Shown: positions 41,601-55,042, counted from the stretch's first letter. The stretch: DNA of 64,000 bases from Owenia fusiformis (GCA_903813345.2 CAIIXF020000001.1:47430001-47494000), one strand, 5' to 3'. Numbers and translations are program-made. The notes: generated from the letters alone by a model not told the origin.

Positions 41601-44600
41601 CAATCTAATAGACTAGATGCGAGTAGAAATAATCTTGATTTACGTCATTAAATATTAAAAATCCAGTCAAAGTCAAAGTGATGTCATACGAGGGGCATTT
41701 GAAAAGTTAGTTTCTTTTTGCACTGATTTTTTTTATTTTTACAGATTTATTTATGAAACTTTCAGCATATGTTACATATACATATATCTTGAGTATACAT
41801 CAATATAAATATAATTCCTTATAAGGAAATGAACTTTTGGTTGCCATGGCAACAGCAAGACTTGGTTTCGTTGAGCTTTGTATAGACGTGTCGCAAAAAG
41901 GTCGCGCACACATTGTTACACATTTTCGCTTTTTAACACCACAGATTGTGACGTTTTATGAGAAAAATGTACACATATGGAAATCCTTTCGTCCTCCACA
42001 TTTGCCTCTATATCTCAAAATATTTAAGGGGAATAACTCTGATATCGTATATGTATTAACAATGGGATAGGAGCATCATAAAACACGAATCAATTGATAT
42101 TTTAGGTGAAATAAATATACGTGTTGCTGTGCTTGAAAATAGTGTCAACAGGGGATATTTGCCAGATGTTTTGGTAACTCTTTTTTAAAAAAGAACGCGC
42201 AAGAATCGTGAACGGAGTGTAGTTGATCTAAAAACTTCATCGAAACAGCTTTAAAATGATATATAACTTTAATTAGAATATTATCTTATAATCCGGGGAA
42301 TCAAAGTTACATTCACGCGATACCCCTAAAAAACAAATGCGCCACCTTTTTGCGACACGTCATAACTATAATATTGAGAGGTCTAAAAACATGTTTTATA
42401 TGCTATTTTGTTCCAACAAGGTTCGGAAAGACATTTATTTCATTCTCAAGAAAGAAAGGAGCAAAGCCAATTGCACTAAAAACAAAAATATGTTAACAAA
42501 AACAGTTATATAAAATATTTCTAAATAATTTTCGCATTAAATTGTTGTCAATCAGTCAACATTACATAAAATACCGTGTTTTTTACAGAATGTTTTCAGT
42601 GATTGGTTTAAGAGAAAAACATTGTTGAATTCAGTTCTCCATATCGATACCACTCCTTTTGTCTTGTTCTCATCATTCCAGGTATTTTTAGAGCAAAAAA
42701 GAAACGAACTTTTCAAATGCCCCTCGTATTTGAATTCTATAATTGAAAGTACATCTAGAAATATGGTTTCGAAAATTGTTTATCAACTTTAAATTATTTT
42801 TTTTGAAAATGTGATTTCTATTTCGGGGAGATTCCCCATAGACCTCATGTTTTAAAATCACAAAAGGTAAAATATCTTTTCTTTTAGTGGACAGATAACC
42901 TTTTTGCTTGACAAATTCTAATTTGCATTACTATTAGATACATACGGGTAATGAACCACGAAACAGTTGCATATTAAATTAAAAAGGAACTTTTTACTAT
43001 ACCCGCCATGCTATCTGACCCGAACGAACTGGTAACTACCTACTAGCATCCGAGTTATTATGACTCATTAATAAACGTGTAACGAAACTAAGAAGTGTAA
43101 AACGAATGAATTTCAAATGATAAAAGAATACACAGCCAATCTCAAACAACACTGTACAACGTTGTTTCAGAAACGGCACTGTACAGTGTTGTTTAAACGG
43201 TGTTGTACAACGCTGTTTTAGAAACGGTATTGTACAGCGTTCAACACTGTTTAAAACAGCGTTGTACAACACCGTTTTAAACAACACTGAACAATACCGT
43301 TTAAACAATAGTACAATCGTTCAATGCCGTTTCCAAGTTTTAATATGAAAAGTATACGGTTGTTCGTGAGCATTCTGATACTCATAGCATCGTTCTGTTT
43401 CATCTGAACATCTCAGGGCGCCGGCTGAGAAGAAATGGGATGTCATGGTTTATCATGATAGTTCATGATTATAGGTCTACACTGTCCCTCCTACGAGGTG
43501 ACCCAAAATTAGGTACTGTTATAGACCCAGGCATAAAACTGTCAGTGCTATACAATGTAAGCTTACATTAATGATATATCACTGGATATGCAATATTTTC
43601 CTTATTCCAGGTATTAGGGGGAGGATGTGTTGGATTGGCTATATGGGTACTTGTCGACAAGAAATACTTGAACGCATTGACGAAAATTGGAGGTTTAGAT
43701 GATTACAATGTGATGTCACTCTTAGAGAAATGCGCTTATTCCTTAATAGTTGGTGGAGCTGTAATTTTTGCAATCGCCTTCCTTGGCTGCTGTGGGGTCA
43801 TGAATGACAACAAGTTGGCTGTTTTCTTGGTAATTCGAAACTGTTATTTATCACGATATATAGATCAGTAGAGATATGATCATGACTGGAATAACATTGT
43901 CATTTTTGGATCGGATTCCGCTTACTAGCTAGTAAGCCATTCATATCGATATACAAATATTTACACCAAGTTTGCTCACAGTTTTTAATTTTTTATCATC
44001 AACTCCTCATTGATTATTAAAATAGGCTACCCTGTAGTTTCATATATTCATATCCACGGCCATACAGTACATAGCATTAGAGTGAACAAGGACGGGTTGA
44101 TATAAGACTTAGTGTGATTCGTGTTGCAATATATGACGATTTTTCTGGTCAATGTTATTAAAATACGAAATCGCGAAGCAGTGTATTACAATCGGCAGAA
44201 TAAAATCGAAAGTAAACTATTTCAACGTAAATCATACACTGTTCAAAATCGAAGTCTTTGATACGATTTAAATTTGATAACCAAACCAGAAAGAAACTAC
44301 CATATTTTCTGTACAGTATGTTATACCAGTATATATAAGTAGCCATTCCGGTACATACCACATTCACTGTTCCACAACTAGTTACTTTGACGGAACGTCA
44401 ATGTAACAAAATGGATGAACTTCCTCTTTACGAGTTTTCTGTTTTCTCGATTTAACCCTACTTGTAAGTCAAGCTGCAGATTATAATTTGGCACAAAGCT
44501 AGAAAATATAGTCTAGTTTCAATAAGTTTCTTCAAATTGGAATTTGTTTTGTAAATGAAGTTGCAATTCATATATTCAGCCCCTCGCTTTTTTTACATTG

Positions 44601-47600
44601 ACGAAAGTGCGTTTTATTACCAATGTATGTAACTTTGACAACTTACGTCAATGTAACAAAAGCGATGGTCTAAATGCATGAATTGCTGCTTTATTCAAAA
44701 ATCAAATTCCAAACCGAGTGCATATTCTAAAAGCGAGACTATGTCGTCTAACTACGTAAGTTTAAATCGAGAAAACAAAAAACTCGTATCCAGGAAGTTC
44801 ATCCATTTTGTTACATTGACGTTCCGTCAAAGTAACTAGTTGTGGAACAGTGACATTATTATTTAATCAGTTTTTCTCGTTAATGTGACAACACGCGTAC
44901 GGGCAACACGTACCCTTAATATTGTGAGTTATATGTGTTGTAGTATGCTGTCGTGTTATCGCTGACAGTTATATGCGAGGCGACAGGCGGGGTTATAGCC
45001 GTTATATTCAAGGAACAGGTAAGTAAACAACCATATTCTGTGCCGTGCTATATCTCTGGATGTACAAAAACGTGCAACATGACAGCCATCACAACATGAT
45101 CAGTATAACCAATTAGGTAAAAGGATGTTCAATCGATTTGCTGTTATGAATATGATACTGGGATTACCGCTAATTAGTTTTGTTTCATTTAAAATTGACC
45201 GTACGGATGCGTCATAGATCAGATATCTCGAACTATTTATAAAGAATCTACAAATATCAGGGCGTCAAATCATGAGATTATTTCCTGGATCGGAAGTCGG
45301 ATATTACACTGATCCTGACACTAAGATCCCCCAAAATCATTCTAAATATGGTAAATATGAGGTAATATTTTTCAGCTGGAGGTAGAACTAAAATCGTTTC
45401 TTAACGACACAATTTATGAGAAATACGACGGAGATCTGTTTACTGCAGAACCATATTCTCTCGCCTGGGACTTCGCCCACGTTACAGTAGGTGCAATAAG
45501 AGATGTCCCTGGTATATTACTCTTTGTATAATTTCTAAACAAATGAGAGGGGTGTATATACGTTATATGTTGCACTGTACAAGGTGCAAGAAACATTAAC
45601 TGTTCACCCCTACAAAAAATTCAACTGATAATAGTACAATAACGTCATTTCAAAGGGCAATATAGTGAAATATTGGACCAAGGGCCGCAGGCCCAAGGTC
45701 CAATATTTCACTATTTTGCCCGCAGAAATGACGTTATTACTATTATTACCACCGTTAATGCCCAGGGCTGAAATAGCAAATTTGAAATAGAAAATCTTAC
45801 GCACTGAACGATATCACTTTTCCAGGGAAACATAGCCGGGCGGATAATGTCATTATTGCCCGACTAAAGTCATTAACGCCCGACACAATATTGCTCACGT
45901 CAATATAGCAATTTAAATGCCTTCTCAACTAGTACTAAAACTCCTAGAACAGGCCCTGCAAGGTGGTAATAATATAATATAGTAAACATGTGTCGAATTC
46001 AATTCTTCAGTTACGAGCTGTGTTATACCACGGTGTATAACCCAAACGCTCCTACATGCACGACGGAGCGTTACATTTACGCGGAAACGCTCCGGAGCGA
46101 AATAAAATGGCGGCTAATGAAGATTCTACTATGACCGTAAGTATTGTTTCTCTCGTTTCTCTTACATATCATATGTCATGGTGAAATATTATGTACCATT
46201 CGATGAACAATACCGTGAGCAAAGATCTTATTTATTCAACTTCTGGTGGTAAACTGTTATTTGCTTGATCACAGCTCCGTAGTGTAGATCGAACGAATCT
46301 GAAGATGACGATTTGACCACAAATTACGAATTAAACTAGTATTTCTATGAAAACGTTAATCTTTCTGTTTAAGTAGTAGATCACAAACTCGTATATTCTC
46401 ATTTCCTAAAATCCCAGTCCAAATCCATTACTTGTTCTCGAGAAATCGCTTGTTTTCCTCGAAACGCTCCGTCGATTTAGACCACAATTTTAGAAACGCT
46501 CTTACCATTTTGTTTTGATATCATTTTCAGATTATTAGAGAAGAGTTCCGAATCGAATCTATCTCTCAAAAACGTGTTGTACTTGTTAGGCAAATTGAAA
46601 CATCTGAACCTGGTGGTGCTAAACGTGCAACTAGCTGATTAAAGCCTATACATTAGATGATGTCATGCCTACATATGTGCTAAATCATAAAACTATAGAA
46701 AAAACGAAAAGTTATATGTGAATTAATCTTTCTTCTATTGATGCCAAGGGATATAATAGATCTTTTCTTTCTCTTCCTGAAAAGGAAAGGCAAGCTATAT
46801 ATTTCCTTAACTGATCTAGACTACCGGAGCGTTTCCAATTCACTGTGTTAACCAGATCGGAGCGTTTCTTGAATATGAGAATGTCATCATTTTTAAGACT
46901 GGATTTTCGGTCATCAAATCACTATTACGATAATGTATGGTGCGTTGAAGCATTGGAATTTGACTAAAATATACGTTGGTGCTCTAATCTTGGCTCAACT
47001 CATCACATGTATCGACAAAAGGGGTTTTGACCGGTATAATGACAAATACGTTTTGAATTTTGATAACTATACTGCTTCGTACAGCTCTTCCTAATTGCTT
47101 CAAACGTCAACAGCCAGCCACGTACAACATGAATATCACACCCATCGAATGGTATACTCGAAATATGTAACTCATACCTCTTATTCCCATTATTGGGGAA
47201 ATTGTCAGACGGCTCATCATTCCCGCCAGACAGTTTTCTTACTCCGGAGCGTTTCTTTGCTTAATTTCAGTAATGAAACGCTCCATCGTGCATGTAGGAG
47301 CGTTTGGGTTATACACCGTGTATACGAGCGTAGCTTTGTATGACTTAATATCACAAATAAAAGGTTTAATAGGTTATCGTATACATATGATATTTCTATT
47401 ATATATTGTGGCATTCAGACTTATATACTGTTCTTATGTTTTAGTTTGATTGCTGTGGAATCTACAACTACACAGATTTTTATATTGCGCAACACTGGAA
47501 CAGAACATATACTTACCAAGATGGAAACAGTACTGTTGCCATGGTGGCAGACATTCCTACAATGTGCTGTAAAATAAAGGACAAAGCACTTTACCCTCTA

Positions 47601-50600
47601 AATGTTCTTAATCTTGAGCTTCAAAACACGACCTGCCCTCTATACCCGACAGCTGCAAACTCCTGGTTTTTAACGGTAAGTTAAATGACGATGGGCTCCA
47701 TGTCAATGTACAACGTTGCTGATAAATAATGGAATATTAGATTTGGCAGATCAGAATTGATGTTTCGGAGGAAGACAACATTATTTCGATTCAATTTAGC
47801 AATTCATTTTATAGGGAAATCATAACCACACATTTCATCTAAAAATCAACATTTTTAGGGAAAGTATTTACATTTAAAGGGGCACTTTGGGAATTTTCAA
47901 CATTTTTGAGGCAAAATAAAGACTTACATTTAAATTTCATAGCATGTCCAATGTGTTGATAAGAACCTTATCTTTCATTTGACACCAACAACACCTCAAA
48001 TTGACCACATCAAAGCTTACAATAAATTATCAAAAAATATTTTCGGTCTATCAAACTTTATATATCAAGTTTTTATCAATGTCATTGAAAGATGGCAGAG
48101 TTGTTTGTATTACATGATACATTCATTTTATACAAGTGTCGCCATCTTTTAAATAAATAGTAATTTAAAACATGCACTCTGTTTAACATGTGCATGCATG
48201 ATCTCTGAACTACAAATGCTTTTTTCTATGTGAGTTACTTTTTCTTGGTTCAATATTAAAGCAAATCAAACTTTGTGTCATATTTGAGCTAGTGTGTGAG
48301 TAACACGTTTCAATGATTTCTTTTTTCTTTTTTCTTCTTAATTAAGTATAGTGCAGCTTTAAGTTTTCAGGTCATGAAGATGGAAGTGTCCTCTATCTAA
48401 TGATAGCACTAATAAGCGGTACACTCCATAAGTTTGGCAACCTTAGCTCACTCATTGAACTACTTGTTCATGTTTGAATTTTTATTTACATAACCTGTGA
48501 AAAAAATACTTATGATATCGATTGGAATATACTTGACTTCATTTCTAATGCGTTCAAATTTTCCCCAATTTTTTCCTCAATTACAATAGGTCGAAAATTG
48601 ATGATAAATCTGATGAATTTTTGAAAATCGACATTCGAAAATGGTATTTACACGTCGCACGAAACTGGGGACAATTAGCGTAACATTATGGCGTCAAAAA
48701 AACAAAACAAAACGATGAGCAGTATAGGGCGCAAACAGCCTTACAACGTCAAAAACGACAAGCGTCACATTTTTTACAAGTTTAGTCAATCTAAAAATAA
48801 AATACTTTATCCTTATCTAATCATTACAAAATTTACAGGGTAGCAAGATCTCGAGGACAATATTTCTAAAATGTTTTTGAATTTTGAAAAACGGTCAAGA
48901 AATCCACTTGGGGCGTTAGTAAAAATTGATATGTATGGAATTTGTGGTAAAAAATCGATGCGTCACATTTTTTCAAGTCTCGAAAACCAGCTCTTATTTT
49001 GATATTATTTGCAAAATAAACAAACCGGTTATTGTTTTGTAAATTTCGCCATGACAATATTGTGCAGTTAAATTTTCTTTCAAATCAGACCTAAATTAGA
49101 AGGTTAAATGAAGGTAAACTTATTGCTCGTCCCATTCGCCTTCAAAACCTTACACAATTTTGAAAATTTTAAAAGCGTTCGTATAAGATAATTTGAAATG
49201 TAGCCGTTAAGCAATTGTGACGTCATAAATGCAAATGTTCCATTGAATAGATTGTGAAATTTAAGTGGGATTTTGATCATTATTTCAAAAGTTATCTCAA
49301 TTTCAACGAGCCCTGTAAGCGTAAAGTGTTACGTCTTACAGCGTATTTGACGATGTCGGAGTAGATTTAACTTTAAAAATGTGTTGGATCCCATCAACAT
49401 TTTGAAGGAAATATAATTTCATTGAAATGCGAATAAAAAATACTTCAAAATGATATGTAAAACACATAGTTGGCTTTTTAAATAAGGCAGAGATTAACGT
49501 TCAAAGCTGAGATAAGCCCGCATTTCCCGAATTGTCCCCAGGTCCGTGCACGTCATAATTATCTCCTACATTGCACAACGACATACATCAAATATTGTTG
49601 ACACGCGGCTTCATATGTCTTTGAACAGTAACTATATATGAGGACGACCTTATATTTTAGTTCTTAGCATAGGCATATGGCATGACACTGTTTTATAAAA
49701 AAAATCTGAGTGAGAATTATTGAAATCATAAAGACATAATCAATCGTTCATTAGTCTTTCTGATGTTGCATTCAGTTGGGAAATCTCACGATTTATAAAA
49801 AATAAAAAGTAAGTTAATGCTGGATGTAAAGATGAACAGACAGGATTAACCCGAAGTTATTAGTCTACATCATTAATATAATTATTTAACATATTGCATT
49901 AGTTTAGTTATCAAATAACTTTATATACGATGTCAAAACAAAATTGCGCACTTTTAATTAAAGAACTAATTTCTTCGTAAATACTTATTTTGATATTTGG
50001 CGACTGAATACTGAGTAAATGATGTACTAGTATTTTGGCATTTGTTCTAGGGTTGTTACGATTCTGTTAAAGCGTGGATATTACAGAATGACATCCTCCT
50101 CTTGTGTGTAGGGATAGGCATCGCATTTATTGAGGTGGGTCACAAACATGCCCATTGTAATATACTAAGAACGTTTTGCCATATATTTTACTACATTATT
50201 ATTCAATATCTGATGTGTCTTTGGTAAATGTAGTTAAAGACACATTATGCACATTTTAGTTTAAGCCTAATTTGTGTCATTTGTTTTCTTGTCAATCTAG
50301 GCATTCGGGTGATTATAAAAATAATGTTCAGAATAGATTTGCCTATATACACGATACTTTTTTTAAACCTGAAATGATTACAAGGTCAAAGGTACTTTAA
50401 GGTGTTTTAAGGCCCTTTTGGGGCCACCGGCCCCTTTGCAACTCATGATGAGGTAATCCGAGGTCAAGGCTAACGTTTATTGGTCAAGGTCATTCCAAGG
50501 CCAGGGGTCAATATCTGGGTGTTTTAAGGCCATTTGGAGTTGCTGTCTTGATATCCCATGGCCAATGTCATTTCAAGGTCAAATATCAATAACTAGGTAT

Positions 50601-50990
50601 TTTGCGTTTTAAGGCCAATTTGGGGATGCTGCGAACGGCGCAGTTAGATTGTTAGTGTAAATAATTATGTTTGAAATAATATTGAAATATTGACCTGATT
50701 TCTTAGGTGATCAAATGTTTGACAATATGGTTTTTATAGTTTTGAATATATGGACAAAGCATCAGATGGGTTATTTAAGCAAGGCCTATAAACGCTTGCA
50801 ATATCTCCCACTTTGTTTTAAAATTAATTTACCTTTAACTTGCAAATTGCAAAACATGTATCACTATATAACTATTGGAAATTACATTTTTATTATTTTA
50901 TTATTTCAGATAGTTGGTATAACTGCAGCATGCTGTGTTTTCTTTGATATTAAAAGAAAAAATGAATCAAAAGTAGGACAAGGCGAGTGA
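38691..50990 (+). CDS. Tetraspanin (288 aa, 7 coding exons, 6-Cys large extracellular loop)
   Basis: Exons 38691-38756, 43611-43829, 44944-45018, 45376-45486, 47445-47675, 50051-50134, 50910-50990. All are GT-AG and phase 0, total 867 nt. Motifs KFMLVFNNAF (TM1), FLGCCG after TM2, polar E in TM3/TM4, EC2 with FDCCG, PTMCC, a single C and GCY, and a short cytoplasmic tail. Acceptor at 38658-38659 precedes the ATG. AATAAA at 51437-51442. Confidence 0.93.
39445..41535 (+). mobile_element. 5'-truncated non-LTR retrotransposon (RT plus C-terminal CCHC), in tetraspanin intron 1
   Basis: The ORF ending at 41414 has KATGVDQIPNE, NYRGIT, AFIDISKAFD, GVKQGCILSPTLF, LLFADD, YKYLG and a C-terminal CILC...H...C. 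There is no endonuclease domain and no true ATG start. A ~95-nt 3'UTR leads to an (AAAT)n tail at ~41511-41533. The 5' junction is approximate. Confidence 0.92.
41689..42726. mobile_element. Tc1/mariner-type non-autonomous element nested in the 420-bp repeat
   Basis: TA|cgaggggcatttgaaaagtt ... aacttttcaaatgcccctcg|TA; the empty paralogous site gtcaTAtttgaa is at ~37629-37640. Confidence 0.9.
44365..44852. mobile_element. MITE with ~60-bp perfect TIR, CAC termini and 5-bp TSD (Transib-like)
   Basis: ACATT|cactgttccacaactagttactttgacggaacgtcaatgtaacaaaatggatgaacttcct ... exact reverse complement ...ggaacagtg|ACATT. Confidence 0.92.
45630..45980. mobile_element. Bipartite element, inverted copy of 21550-21828
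   Basis: Full hairpin with agggccgcaggccc at the loop, followed by ttattaccacc ... ggtggtaataa. Confidence 0.8.
46029..47320. mobile_element. 1.29-kb non-autonomous DNA transposon with CACGGTG termini and 5-bp TSD (Transib/RAG-like)
   Basis: TATAC|cacggtgtataacccaaacgctcctacatgcacgacggagcgtt ... aacgctccatcgtgcatgtaggagcgtttgggttatacaccgtg|TATAC; internal repeated aaacgctcc/ggagcgttt motifs. Confidence 0.9.
48657..49549. mobile_element. Non-autonomous DNA element with imperfect ~20-bp TIR and apparent 5-bp TSD
   Basis: ACGTC|gcacgaaactggggacaatt ... aattgtccccaggtccgtgc|ACGTC. Confidence 0.65.
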
Positions 50991-51622
50991 CCTTGAGGCC
51001 TAGTGTTGACATACTGTTGGATTTCCAAGTTTTCTCGTGTGTCTAATTGTCTAAAGCATTAGTATATACAGTGCATACCCGAGTATATACTAAAATGTAT
51101 TTTAACTTCTCTTACACTTTTTAAAGAACTCGATTCTAACTATTTACAAAGGGTACACAGAAAAATATACACTTGCTCTAAAAGGTTAGTATCCTGTCCT
51201 ATTCCGCAAATGCGTGGTAGTAAAGCAATTTGCAATTTGCAGTTTGCAATTTTATCAAATTCATATTTCATTTTTATTATTTTATGGCCTTTTGTAATTG
51301 CGGGACAAAATTAAAATTGACGCAGGATAAATGGATTTCCTGTTGACAAGCTTTTGGAGGGAGTGTAAATTATATAAGATTAACAAAGGGTTTGCAAATA
51401 ACATATAATAATTTTTAAGGGTGTATCATTTTTTGTAATAAACTTTTTTTATTATAAATGTGTTACTTTGTACTGTTTAATTACATCGACTCCGAGCAGA
51501 TAATAATGTGATTTTGTATCTTGCGAATGATATACTTTTATAAGTTTGCTTGTTCGAAACATTGTCCAAGATCCTGTAGAATTTCTATTTCAAACATTTT
51601 GATGCATCAGTTATCGTCACTA

Positions 51623-51928
51623 CATTGGCGTCGGAAGGGGGAGGGCGTTTGGGGCGACCGCCCCCGCCCCCCCCCCCTCTTTCCAAGATTTTTTTTAGAT
51701 TAGTAAAAGTCAACGTTTTTTAGTCAACGTAAAGTTAAGTTTTCTAAAAAAAAAAATTTTTATTGGGTATATTGTTCTGAGATATGTTCAGAATGCATCA
51801 GAAGGGTCTAAAGTGTTCGAAAATTTTCTGGGGCATGCCCCCGATATTCCTAGATTGCGCGCTTCACGCACGATCCATTCATACCCAAAAGTCGCCCTTT
51901 CCCTTGGAAAATCCTTTTGACGCCCCTG
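51623..51928. mobile_element. MITE with CA..GGCGTC ends and G/C tracts
   Basis: cattggcgtcggaagg ... ccttttgacgcccctg; flanks cacta/tacta. Confidence 0.6.
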
Positions 51929-54900
51929 TACTAGATATAGTATTTCAAATATTTCCATCATTTTGATGTATCAAATTGCTGTCTTTATCTCCAAAATTAT
52001 CAAAATACCAGTTTTTACATCATATAATAAGTGTTGATTTCTTGTGTATCCAATTAAAATGTCAAAATCAAAGCTCTCTTTAGCATCCCTATGGCCTCTG
52101 GCGTAGAGCCATCTTTTACCAGTGTTCAACAGCCAAAAGGTAATACAAATGGCCATTAGAAATCAGTCCTAGAAATATTAATATATCGATTGAAAGATGG
52201 CAGTATCGTTTGCTTGTTAGGTGTAGTCTATATGCACAGCTCTGCCATCTTTCAGTCAACACCAAACTTTCTATCGGCCAACATATGGCGTGGAAAATGG
52301 AAGGAACGAGCAGCGGCTGAAAAGTATCTATCCTCTAAAGAATTAGATCAAAAGCACATGGTGAACTCTTAATCCTTAACTCCAAAAGTGTCACCTTCAT
52401 GGTTAAAAACTAGACATTCCTAAATTTCCATAAGGAGAAACATCGCCAAAATTTCACAGCAATCCATCGGACAAATGGTTTCTCTTGAAATCGCTATCAG
52501 AGACAAGAAAATTGAGACGCCGCCACGCGCCCGGCAAGCTGACGACAATGGCACACATTTTAAGGTACCGAATAAAAAAACAGAAGCGATAGTGAGTGCG
52601 TTATAAAATTATACCAGACAGGTGACAATTTGATCGGCATTGATTTGATCGATGACCCATTAGTGAGATACTATGGAATGTCCCTCGGACAGCATACGGA
52701 ACCGTTTACAATGCTTGAAGTTTTTTGGCAATATACCAAATAAACTACTTCACTCATATTTTCATTCAAATATCTCGTGATCGATATTATAGTATCAGGT
52801 ATTTTGGAATTTATTTTAATTTAATTACGAACTACAAATATTTGTGTCCGCCTAATTTGAACTAATTTATAGGAAATGTTTGACATAAATGGGCGTACAA
52901 TTCCTCGGAATCTTATCATAACATATTATTTAAACTTTGTTTAGATCTGCTTAACAAAATATTGAATATTTTATTTGGCAATCGTGTCAAATGACTTTTT
53001 CCAACCTATCCAAGTTTCCAATTATAACTGTTCTTTGTAGACACCTGGCAAAATAAACAAGGCGCAACCAAATCATCTGTTCGTGGAAATATCTAACTGG
53101 TTTCGCCGGAGAGGATTGCCTAATCCTAATGAATTTTAACAAAGATGTAGGCCCGCAACTGTCTTCATGCGAAGCCTGCTAGGTCAGATCATAGCCTGAG
53201 CATAGTCTTAACAATTGCGCCTGAGACAAGTACCATCGGCAGTATTTCACACTCGGTAAATAGAGAAACAATCAATGGGCCCAGTGTAATACATTGCGGA
53301 TGAAGAGCATTCGTAAACTGTGGCCATTGTCATGGTTACATTTGCTTGTGGCTATCGCATTACAATTAAGAAATTTACCATCCACAATATCTAACTTCTC
53401 CTTCCGACACCCTGTAAGTGAAGGTCAAAACGTGCATGTTTTTATTTTGCTCATACACTTTAAATGATGCATGGATTTCAATGATATTTTGGCAGAAAAG
53501 GGAATTGAAAAGGTAAAAGTCTGCTCTAAAAATGAATGTTCTTACGACCACTTTTTTCTTGATCCCGACAGCATATGTCTTATATATAAACTTTTTATAT
53601 TTTAGGTTCCATGTGGAAATGAAAGTATACCAAACGCCTAGACCATTTGCATCTGTCTCTTTGACATACTTTATGTGAATCAGATGTCGTTTAAGACTTA
53701 TCATTAAAATGTTTTTAATACACACATTATTCAAAAGGATCACCACATAAAACATGGGCGTTTTGCTGTCCCAACCTGTAGATTCTTTTTCTGGCATAGT
53801 CGTTTTTGCTCTAGGATATTACAACTTCAATATCCTGTGGTGGTAGTTTGTTCCAAAACATTTTTGGGATCACCCAGGCTGAAAAACCAATATGTTTCAT
53901 CAACTCTCACAACAATAAACATTGCCAGAGGATTTAGCGTGAAGTGCCATTTATAAATTTTGTATCTCAAGGGCTAAACTTTTAAGCTATTTAAACATCG
54001 ATCGTTTAGTTGAATCTCTAACCCTAAGACTAAAGTCTAAAATAGACTTAAATTATAAAAGGCAGAATGGAACAATCAAGATATTGATATAAATGTTTTT
54101 GTAAATAGTTGAAGTTTGAACATGCTCGCCTAACGTCTTTTTTCTTTGCAACTAAATATAATGTTAAAGTGGGCAGTATTCTTGATCCTTTAATTGGTAT
54201 TTACAGAAATTAAAGTTAAGACAGCGATGTCTAAGAGTTTGGTTTTTGGAAGTCAAAAATTTACTTTGTTTGAAAATATTCCATCAGGTCCATGAATGAA
54301 CCGTTGGTATCGTGTAAATTCACCTTATGAAATAGTTCATTTTAAAGTTGTAATTACCTAGTGTAATAAATTATACTGCGAACGCACCCTCGCCCCTCCA
54401 CCATAACTAATACAAATAGAACCATTAGATGACAAGAGGAAAAGAGTTTTAAAATGTTTTTCATATTACGCTTCTAGCTCAATTTTGAATGAAGTTGCAT
54501 CAGTTTTTGTAAAATTCAAAATAAATGTTAAACTTTCTTTGGCTCGCTTATACCACTATTGCATCCACCCGGACTGAAAGCTGGCTACGTCCCTGCCACA
54601 TGTACACGAACAACTTTGTGCAGTAGCAATTGTTCAGTGAAGCTGACCTTACGTACAGTATCATATCATACTGTTTGAGATATATTGATACATTTGGCAC
54701 TCACATCAATCATGGTTGACGAATAAATTCAATTAAATGAATTAGTGTAATGGCAAAGCATTCCAGGTATTAATGTATGATGCAGAAATGAAGTAGCAAT
54801 TAATCCAATATAATTTATGTTATGTCACACATCACTTGCGAGTTTCAGAAATAACTCACCTTTGATCAAATGTACATTTCATTTCATTTAACTTAATCTT

Positions 54901-55042
54901 TCAATATTGACACACAGTATATGAAATAGAAGAACATTTCTAAATTTTTGAATATTTGCCACGTCCAATGAGAATGCTTGCTTAGATTGAATTGGCAACA
55001 AGTATGAGGCTGAGAAGGACAAATTGTATCTTACAACATCGC

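Noticed and set aside
50380..50630. Clustered AAGGTCA nuclear-receptor-like half sites
   Set aside because: Embedded in a degenerate internally repetitive segment (ttttaaggcc/aaggtca), more likely a TE remnant.
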